Assembly (NCBI GenBank): GCA_964608675.1
Contig: CAZSOZ010000002.1
Coordinates: 192,001 to 256,000 of the forward strand
Source of the DNA: an uncultured archaeon
GTDB lineage: Archaea; Iainarchaeota; Iainarchaeia; Iainarchaeales; 1-14-0-10-31-34
Length of the DNA stretch: 64,000 nucleotides
Direction of reading: 5' to 3'
The notes under the pieces are model-generated. The model made no database searches, had not been told where the DNA came from, and saw only the letters and a program-made list of their open reading frames with translations. Shown in pieces: positions 56,920-64,000 of this stretch. Numbering within the stretch: position 1 is the stretch's first letter; the number at the start of each line of letters is the position of its first letter. A program made the translations under genes and the position numbers.

Positions 56920-59307
56920 TCACTCCACAAGCTTTATATGAAAGTTTCCTTCAGAAACTTTTTTTGTATTCAAAACAGCTTTCAAGTCATTCAAAGCATT
57001 ATCTATTCTGTTCAGCTTTTTTTTCTCTAAAGTTAATTCTATTTCTGCTTTAACTGAAACCTGCTTTGATGCCTTAAATTTCCTTACAGAAGAAATAACT
57101 TTAACTGCTTCTTCTCCTGCAAGAAAAGCTTTTTCATTTACAAGAGTTTTATTAAATTCAGGGAAATTAGATATATGAATACTTTTTTGTTTTTCTTTTT
57201 CTGAAAAATACAAATGATAAATTTCTTCTGTAATAAAAGGCATGATTGGAGCAAAACCCTTTAAGATGCCAAACAAAATTTTTTCTAAAGTGAATTGAGC
57301 AGACTGTTTTGATTGTTTTCCTCTTTTGTCAGGATTATAAATTCTGTCTTTAATTAACTCCAAATAATTGTCTGTAAAATCCTGCCAAAAAAACAATTCA
57401 AGTTCTGCTTTTGCTTTGCTGTATTCATATTTATCAAAATGATCAGCCATAGATTTAACAACTGAATTAAATTTATGCAAAATCCATTCATCCATTAACT
57501 CAAGTTTTAAAGGTTTTTTTCCGTCAAAATCTTCCAGATTCATAATTGAAAACTTTGAAGCATTCCAGAGTTTAGTAATTAATTTTTGTCCTGTTTGAAC
57601 GTCTTTTTCCTGAAAAGGAGCATCGTTTCCTAAATTAATGCTTGAAGCCCAATACCTTAAAGCGTCAGCTGAATATTTTTCAATTATCTGCTGAGGAGTA
57701 ATTATATTTCCTTTTGATTTGCTCATTTTTTTTCCTTTTGAATCCAAACCCCATCCTGAAATCATTATGTTCTCCCATGGAATTTTCTTTGTATGCAGAA
57801 TGCTTTTTACAACTGTATTGAAAGCCCAAAAAGAAATAATATCATGAGCCTGAGGCCTTAAATCCATAGGAAAAACTTTTTTATTGAAATTTTTTCCATT
57901 CCATTCAGCATTAATTAAAGGAGTCAAAGAACTTGTAGCCCAGGTATCTAAAACATCTTTTTCGGATTCAAATTCATTTGAACCACACACACAAGATTTT
58001 TTTGGTTTGTCTTTTAACGGGTCAACAGGCAAATCTTTTTTGTCTGCCAAAATTATTTCTCCGCATTTTTTGCAGTACCAAACCGGAAAAGGAATTCCAT
58101 AAAATCTTTGGCGGGAAATACACCAGTCCCACTGCAAGCCTTTAATCCAGTTATCATATCTGTGCTTCATGTAATCAGGAAACCAGTTTAATTCATTTCC
58201 TGCTTTTAAAAAATCTTCTTTCAAGTCAAGGTATTTGATAAACCATTGTTTTGTAACCAAAAATTCAATAGGTGTCTGACATCTTTCATGCACATTTACT
58301 GTGTGTTTTATTGGCCTTTGCTCTTTCAATAAACCTTTTGATTTCAATTCATCTAAAATTGCTTTTCTTGCTTCAAAAAGTTTAAGGCCTGCAAACTTTC
58401 CTGCTTTTTCATTTAATCTGCCGTTTTCATCAATAATGATTCTCAAAGGAAGATTATATGCTTTCCACCACTCCATGTCCACTTGGTCCCCAAAAGTGCA
58501 GTTCATTACAATTCCGCTTCCCTTTGATGGATCAACTCTTGTATCTCCAATTACTTTCACTGAATAATTCATTAAAGGCACTTTAATTTTTTTTCCAATT
58601 AAATCTTTGCTTCTTTTGTCTTCAGGGTTAACCATTACAGCAACACAAGCAGGAATTAATTCCGGGCGGGTAGTAGAAATAATAATTTTTTTTCCGCCCT
58701 CTAATTCAAAAAAAATGTCATTAAAAAAAGAATCAAATTCTTTGTCTTCTAATTCAACCTGTGAAATAGCTGTACGGCAGTCAGGACACCAGATTGTAGG
58801 AGCTTCCTTTCTGTATTCTCTTCCCATTTCATACAATTCAATAAAAGAAAGCTGGGAAATTTTTCTTGCTTCAGGGCTTATAGTACTGTAAAATAAATTC
58901 CAGTCACAGCTGATTCCAAGGCTGTCCCAGACTTTTTTATATTCTTCTTCTGCTTTAGCTGTTTCTTCCAAACAAATTGAAATAAATTCATTTCTGTCCA
59001 TTTTATTTGCTTTAATTTTTCTTTTTTTTTCAACAAATTTTTCTGTCGGGAGGCCGTTGTCATCAAAACCAAATGGATAAAATACATTGAATCCTTTCAT
59101 TCTCTTATATCGGGCAATAAATTCTGCCTGTGAATAAGAAAAAGCATGGCCTATATGAATTGTTCCAGAAATAGTCGGCGGAGGAGTATCAATTGAATAA
59201 ACTTTTTTGCTGTTGTCTTCCCTGAAAACAAAAAACCTTTCTTTTTTCCAAAAAGCACTCCACTTTTTTTCTGATTCCTTTGAATTATACTTTTTTGGCA
59301 GTTCCAT
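56920..59307 (-). CDS. valS: Valyl-tRNA synthetase (archaeal type)
   Basis: IDTPPPTISG, HIGH, DWCISRQR, DTWATSS, RPQAHDII, KMSKS. Confidence 0.97.
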   Translation of the reverse strand: MELPKKYNSKESEKKWSAFWKKERFFVFREDNSKKVYSIDTPPPTISGTIHIGHAFSYSQAEFIARYKRMKGFNVFYPFGFDDNGLPTEKFVEKKRKIKANKMDRNEFISICLEETAKAEEEYKKVWDSLGISCDWNLFYSTISPEARKISQLSFIELYEMGREYRKEAPTIWCPDCRTAISQVELEDKEFDSFFNDIFFELEGGKKIIISTTRPELIPACVAVMVNPEDKRSKDLIGKKIKVPLMNYSVKVIGDTRVDPSKGSGIVMNCTFGDQVDMEWWKAYNLPLRIIIDENGRLNEKAGKFAGLKLFEARKAILDELKSKGLLKEQRPIKHTVNVHERCQTPIEFLVTKQWFIKYLDLKEDFLKAGNELNWFPDYMKHRYDNWIKGLQWDWCISRQRFYGIPFPVWYCKKCGEIILADKKDLPVDPLKDKPKKSCVCGSNEFESEKDVLDTWATSSLTPLINAEWNGKNFNKKVFPMDLRPQAHDIISFWAFNTVVKSILHTKKIPWENIMISGWGLDSKGKKMSKSKGNIITPQQIIEKYSADALRYWASSINLGNDAPFQEKDVQTGQKLITKLWNASKFSIMNLEDFDGKKPLKLELMDEWILHKFNSVVKSMADHFDKYEYSKAKAELELFFWQDFTDNYLELIKDRIYNPDKRGKQSKQSAQFTLEKILFGILKGFAPIMPFITEEIYHLYFSEKEKQKSIHISNFPEFNKTLVNEKAFLAGEEAVKVISSVRKFKASKQVSVKAEIELTLEKKKLNRIDNALNDLKAVLNTKKVSEGNFHIKLVE

Positions 59308-59361
59308 TCTAAAAACAAGCAAAAAAAGAATTAATAAAGTATTCCAACAAAAAGTATTATT

Positions 59362-60114
59362 ATGGCTGAAATAAAGAAAGAAAAAGGAAAAATTTTTCTG
59401 GAATTAAATGAAAAAGAACAAAAAGAGCTTGAAACAGAAAAAAACTTGTTTGAATTAAACAAAGTGAAAGATGTTTTTTTACTGACTGAATCAGAACAAG
59501 AAATAAAAAAAGAAAATAGTTTGTTTGACGAAAAAAATCAAAAATTTGATGAAAAAATTTTTGAACTGCTTTCAGAAAAAGGAAAGCAGGCTTTATCAAA
59601 AAAAGTTGAAGGAGAATTCGAAAAACAGTTGTCAGACAAAGAAAAACAAAGATTTGAAGAATTACTGAAAGAAGGATTAATAGAAAAATTCAAGTTAAAT
59701 GAATCATACAAAAAAGCAATTTACAGGATTTCATCAAAAGGAAAAAAAATAAATAAAAAAAACTTTGATATTAATTCAAATGCAAAAACCATTGAATCAA
59801 ACGGATTTCAGGTAATGGTAAATGAAGGGCAAGCAAAAAATTTCTGCGAACAGTTTGCAGGAGAAATAAAAGAAAATCAAATTAAAGGAACAAGAGGATT
59901 TGACGGATACTTTTATGCAATAGATTCAAGCCTGCTTGAAGAATTAAAACCAAAAATAATTAATGCATTAAAACAACAGAACACTGTTTCTTTATCACAG
60001 TTAAATGAAAAAACTTCACTTCCAAATCCATTAATCAAAGGAATACTGGAATTCTTAAAAGAAGACGGAGAAGTTTTAGAAAAAAGAAAAGGAATCTATC
60101 AATTAATCGAATAA
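59362..60114 (+). CDS. Hypothetical protein with winged-helix-like segments
   Basis: 250 aa; C-terminal LSQLNEKT...LEFLKEDGEV..K..G.Y. Confidence 0.65.
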   Translation: MAEIKKEKGKIFLELNEKEQKELETEKNLFELNKVKDVFLLTESEQEIKKENSLFDEKNQKFDEKIFELLSEKGKQALSKKVEGEFEKQLSDKEKQRFEELLKEGLIEKFKLNESYKKAIYRISSKGKKINKKNFDINSNAKTIESNGFQVMVNEGQAKNFCEQFAGEIKENQIKGTRGFDGYFYAIDSSLLEELKPKIINALKQQNTVSLSQLNEKTSLPNPLIKGILEFLKEDGEVLEKRKGIYQLIE

Positions 60115-60174
60115 ACATACTTGATTAATGGTTGTAGAGGTAAGAATTTTAAACCAGTAAAGCGTTATTCAATT

Positions 60175-60768
60175 ATGAAAGTATTAATTCCTCTGTTATC
60201 AAAATATGAACTGAATGAAGATTTTTTGGATAAAGCAGTTAAAGGCTCCAGTGAAGTAATTCTATTAATGGTAATTGATGCAGAAAAAGGAAGTTCATTA
60301 AAGGCATCAGATATTTCAAGTTCAACTCATTTCATGGAAGAAGTAAAAAAAGCAATAGGAAAAAAAAGAAAGTCCTGCGAAGAATTCACTGAATGGGGGG
60401 AGCCCGCAAAAAAAATCAAGAACACTGCAATCATAAATAAGGCAGACAAAATCGCTTTATTAAAACAGGAAAACCAGTGGTTTGAAAAAATCCTTGAAGA
60501 ACTAAAAAAAGAAAAAGAAATCAAAAACAGGCTTCATGTAATTGAAGTTGATTTTCAAAAACCTGAAATAGAAGATTTAAAAGACTGGGAAGAAAACAAA
60601 GAAAAAACAAAAAAAGAAAACAAAGAAACAGAAGAAGAAAAAAAACTTGTTCAAAAAAAAGATTTAATAAATGAAACAAAAAAAATTGCAGACAAACTCC
60701 TTAAAACAGGCTTCAAAGGAATTGATTCAATCAAAAAAATCCGATTCAAAAAAAACAAAGAAGACTAA
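60175..60768 (+). CDS. Universal-stress-protein-like domain with charged tail
   Basis: MKVLIP, VILLMVID, WGEPAKKI...ADKI. Confidence 0.6.
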   Translation: MKVLIPLLSKYELNEDFLDKAVKGSSEVILLMVIDAEKGSSLKASDISSSTHFMEEVKKAIGKKRKSCEEFTEWGEPAKKIKNTAIINKADKIALLKQENQWFEKILEELKKEKEIKNRLHVIEVDFQKPEIEDLKDWEENKEKTKKENKETEEEKKLVQKKDLINETKKIADKLLKTGFKGIDSIKKIRFKKNKED

Positions 60769-61409
60769 CGAATGTCAATTAAAGGCATGAAAATAAACTG
60801 CTTTTTTTTGTTTACGCCCAACAATAAAATATTGGTTGGCATAATGCTTATTTCATTAAAAAGCTGGATTGCTGCACTTTCAAGTTGTTCTTTGTTTACG
60901 CCGTGCTTTTTGCTTAATTTTCTGAAAAACCTTGTTCCTTTTATTGTGGTTGAAGACAGAACAACTCCTTTAGAATCAAAATATTTAATATGGCCTAAAA
61001 TTTCATTAACTGAAGGCTTGTTTGTTTTAGCCATTGCAACCAAACCGTTTCCAATATCATATGCAATCGGTTCACGAAGAACAAAACTTTCATTTCTTTT
61101 TTTTTGCTGTTTTATTTTTTTATTGTAATTTTTTACTCTGGATTGTATTTCTTTTAATTCTGTGTGTGTTGCTGTTCTGTCATTATGCGTTCTCTTTACA
61201 ACCAATTTTACTTCAGGATAATTTCTTGAAACATTCATCTGCCTTATTCTTCTGCCCCACTCAAAAGTATTTTCAGACATTATTTTTTTTCTGCTGAAAT
61301 CATTTTTTCTGTAATCAACATTCTTCATTTTTCCAAGAAAGCGGACAATAACACTTGAAACTTTTTTCAAGCGAAAAACCAATGATTTAGGCAAAGGCTT
61401 AACAGGCAT
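60765..61409 (-). CDS. Basic orphan protein, possible degenerate kinase-like fold
   Basis: MPVKP start; LVVKR, LREPIAY, NILLLG...PLID. Confidence 0.55.
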   Translation of the reverse strand: MPVKPLPKSLVFRLKKVSSVIVRFLGKMKNVDYRKNDFSRKKIMSENTFEWGRRIRQMNVSRNYPEVKLVVKRTHNDRTATHTELKEIQSRVKNYNKKIKQQKKRNESFVLREPIAYDIGNGLVAMAKTNKPSVNEILGHIKYFDSKGVVLSSTTIKGTRFFRKLSKKHGVNKEQLESAAIQLFNEISIMPTNILLLGVNKKKQFIFMPLIDIR

Positions 61410-61440
61410 AAAAAAAATAGAAACTTCTTTCTTTAAATAG

Positions 61441-62529
61441 TTATTTAATGAATTTCCACTGCTTTTTTCGCTTTTTTGCACGCTCAAGTTTTTTCTGGAA
61501 ATCTTTTTGAAAAGAAATCATTAAATTGCATGCATTCTGTTTATCTTCTTTGCATAACAGTTTTCCTGCTTTGCAGTCATCATAAATTTTCTGCAGTTTT
61601 TTGTTGTCTTCAATTAAATGTTGTTTGTATAATTCAAAAACCATGCATTTTTCTGGAATGCCTCCAAGCTTTTTTTGTTCTTCAATTGTATTTCTTCCTC
61701 CAGTTAAAGCTTTAAGCATTTTTTTTCCTGCCTGTTCAGGGTTTTCAGGAATAGAAATAAAAGAATCAGGAGAAGACTTTGACATTTTTGTTTCTCCCTG
61801 CAGAGAAGGAACAAACTTATGATAAGTAGCAGAAGGCAGAAAAAAATTGAATTCTTTTTTTGTTCTCCTTACAATGTCCCTTGTCAAACGAATATGAGGA
61901 CTCTGGTCTATTCCGACTGGAATCACTCCAGGCATTCTTTCCTCTAACTGAGGAAACAAAATATCTCCTGCCTGAGTTAAAGTTGAAAGAATTCTTGAAG
62001 GATGAATATTTCCATAAATGCTTCTGAATTCATTCAAAGTAATTTTTTGGGAAAACAAATAAGTTAAATTTTTTACTTCAGTGTTTTCTGACTGAAAATA
62101 AAAAAAAGTTTTTTTTGGATCTAAACCCAAAGCAATATATGCAGGAATATAAAAATTTAAAGCTCTTTCTCTTGCTTCCTTTAAAGAAATTCCCCGTGTA
62201 GCAGCAGACTCCAGGTCTGCAATCAAAACAAAAGTTTTTGCTTTTTGTTTCTGAAAATATTTAACCATTTCAATAACAGATTTGGTTCCAAAATGAATTC
62301 TTTCAGAAGAAGGCATTATTCCGGTAAGACAATAAAACGATTTTTTTTCTTGAATTGCTTTAGATAATTCATTCAAACCCTGTCCTGCAAAAACAATTTT
62401 TCTTTGCATTAAATGATTTGGTTCAGGAAAATACTTCAAAAAAGAATCCATTGGCTCCAAACCAAAATCCTTAATTAATCTGGAATAATCTTCAATTAAA
62501 TGAGTACTCCAAGGATCAATTTTATTCAT
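61441..62529 (-). CDS. trpS: Tryptophanyl-tRNA synthetase
   Basis: IDPW, TGIMPS, HFGT, PVGIDQSPH, KMSKS, ALTGGR. Confidence 0.96.
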   Translation of the reverse strand: MNKIDPWSTHLIEDYSRLIKDFGLEPMDSFLKYFPEPNHLMQRKIVFAGQGLNELSKAIQEKKSFYCLTGIMPSSERIHFGTKSVIEMVKYFQKQKAKTFVLIADLESAATRGISLKEARERALNFYIPAYIALGLDPKKTFFYFQSENTEVKNLTYLFSQKITLNEFRSIYGNIHPSRILSTLTQAGDILFPQLEERMPGVIPVGIDQSPHIRLTRDIVRRTKKEFNFFLPSATYHKFVPSLQGETKMSKSSPDSFISIPENPEQAGKKMLKALTGGRNTIEEQKKLGGIPEKCMVFELYKQHLIEDNKKLQKIYDDCKAGKLLCKEDKQNACNLMISFQKDFQKKLERAKKRKKQWKFIK

Positions 62530-62658
62530 GATAAAAATATGCCGGAATAATATAATAATCTTTTCATTTTAGGAAAAACAGTTAATTCAACCAAAAAAAA
62601 AGATTAAAATAATATATAATCTTTTTCTTTCAATAAATGAATACAAAAAGAGGATTTT

Positions 62659-63177
62659 ATGGCAGTAAAAAATTTGCTTTTAGCAGACAAAATTTTAGTT
62701 AAAAAAAACAAAGACAAAAGTTTGTTCAGCCAGAAATCATTTGGAGAAAAAAACAAGCTTGATTATGTATTGGATTTAATTGAAGGCTATTATTTAATGG
62801 AAAAAGGAAAACTTGAAATAGAAGACAAAAAAGGAAAAAAAATTGAATCAGAAGAACTATTAAAAAAAAGCCAGAAAAAAATCAAGGATTTTTACAAAAA
62901 ATTTTTGGTTTACCAGGATTTAAGAGACAGAGGATATGTAATTAAAACCGGATTCAAGTTTGGATTTGATTTAAGAGTTTATCCGAAAGGAAAAAAACCC
63001 GGAGAAGAACACACTCAATGGGTTATTGCAGTCAAAGGACAAAATGACAGAATTAATTTTATTGAATTAAGCAGAAAAGTAAGGTTAAGCGGAAACATTA
63101 AAACAAAATTAATGTTTGCAGTAGTTGATTCAGAAAATGACATTAACTATTATGAATGCGTCAGGATAACTCCTTGA
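62659..63177 (+). CDS. endA: tRNA-intron (splicing) endonuclease subunit
   Basis: LDLIEGYYL, VYQDLRDRGYVIKTGFKFGFDLRVY, EEH, AVVD...INYY. Confidence 0.9.
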   Translation: MAVKNLLLADKILVKKNKDKSLFSQKSFGEKNKLDYVLDLIEGYYLMEKGKLEIEDKKGKKIESEELLKKSQKKIKDFYKKFLVYQDLRDRGYVIKTGFKFGFDLRVYPKGKKPGEEHTQWVIAVKGQNDRINFIELSRKVRLSGNIKTKLMFAVVDSENDINYYECVRITP

Positions 63178-63610
63178 GTTTTAAAAAAAGGAAGAAATTG
63201 AAAAAATTGATTAAAAATGAATTCTCCTGAAAAAAAGAAAGGGCCTCCCTTCAAGAAAAAAAAGAAAAAGAAAATCAAGATTCCAAAAGAAGATATTCAG
63301 CAATTGCCTTCAGAAAAAGAATACGGTGACAAATACCATTAAAAAAATGTCAAAAAAAAAGCAGGGGAAATCAGGAAGCATCCGGCTCAAAGACTGCCAG
63401 AGAAATTTCAAAAGAAAAATCTTTTATCTGCTTCCTGAAAAGCGAGAAATCTGAACTAATTGATTTCATTTCAACCTCAAAGATTACTTTACAGCAAAAC
63501 TTAAAGTTTTGGAAACCCCTTGATGCCGGTGAAACAAAATTGCATGGGATTTAAAAACTTTTTTTGAGAACAAATAGTAAAAACCAAAACTGTTTTGGGG
63601 GGAAAAATAA

Positions 63611-64000
63611 ATGGAATTAGTTTTTTATTCAATTATTGCAGGCTTAATTGCATTGCTTTATACGGTTTTATTAAACAATAAAATTTCTTCAAAAGAAACC
63701 GGAAACCAGAAAATGAAGGAAATCAGTTCAGCTATAAGAGAAGGAGCAATGGCTTTCCTTAAAAAAGAATACAAACTGCTGGCAATATTTATTGCAGTTG
63801 TATTTGTTATTCTCACTATTTTAAGCCAGATTTATCCAACAGCAATGAGTATTTTTGTAGGAGTATCTTTTATTGCAGGAGCATTATGTTCTGGTTTAGC
63901 TGGCTGGTTGGGGATGAATACAGCAACAAAAAGCAATGTGAGAACCACACAAGCAGCAACAACTTCAATGTCTGAAGCACTAAAAATAGCTTTTTCTTCC
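63611..64000 (+). CDS. hppA: Membrane-bound H+/Na+-translocating pyrophosphatase (partial)
   Basis: Manual translation MELVFYSIIAGLIALLY...GNQKMKEISSAIREGAMAFLKKEY...GMNTATKSNVRTTQAA; runs off window end. Confidence 0.92.
   Translation, partial: MELVFYSIIAGLIALLYTVLLNNKISSKETGNQKMKEISSAIREGAMAFLKKEYKLLAIFIAVVFVILTILSQIYPTAMSIFVGVSFIAGALCSGLAGWLGMNTATKSNVRTTQAATTSMSEALKIAFSS

Noticed and set aside
63217-63560. Short Lys-rich ORFs between endA and hppA (MNSPEKKKGPPFKKKK...)
   Set aside because: Fragmented by stops with no recognisable family; may be a decayed orphan gene but cannot be supported

Overview
AT-rich, gene-dense chromosomal segment of an archaeon, shown by Alba, Sec61-beta, tRNA-splicing endonuclease, Taw1, archaeal-type ValRS/TrpRS, archaeal riboflavin synthase, CCA-less tRNA genes and a C/D-box sRNA. 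The gene mix suggests a DPANN lineage such as Iainarchaeota/Diapherotrites, but that assignment is inference. Contents: surface/secreted proteins; a block of iron, Fe-S and oxidative-stress genes (DtxR-like, Taw1, MtaB, DUF1858, IspH, ferritin, SOD, AhpC, PerR/Fur); a hybrid riboflavin operon (bacterial RibBA and RibD plus an archaeal RibC-RibH fusion); a MacB-type ABC operon; PEPCK, PiT/DUF47, type II PanK and PdxS/T; tRNA-Leu(TAG) and tRNA-Val(CAC); a small toxin-antitoxin island with a direct-repeat-flanked VapBC, a YbjQ pseudogene and a transposase remnant; a Ca2+-type P-ATPase; and the start of hppA. Signals beyond the ORF track: a cluster of small structured RNAs at 2.1-2.7 kb, a GC-rich three-helix element at 49.1-49.2 kb, a dispersed hairpin+ATCAAAA repeat, and basic orphan proteins starting MP-x-K. 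No CRISPR array, rRNA or intact integrase was seen. All calls come from reading motifs by eye; no database searches were run.
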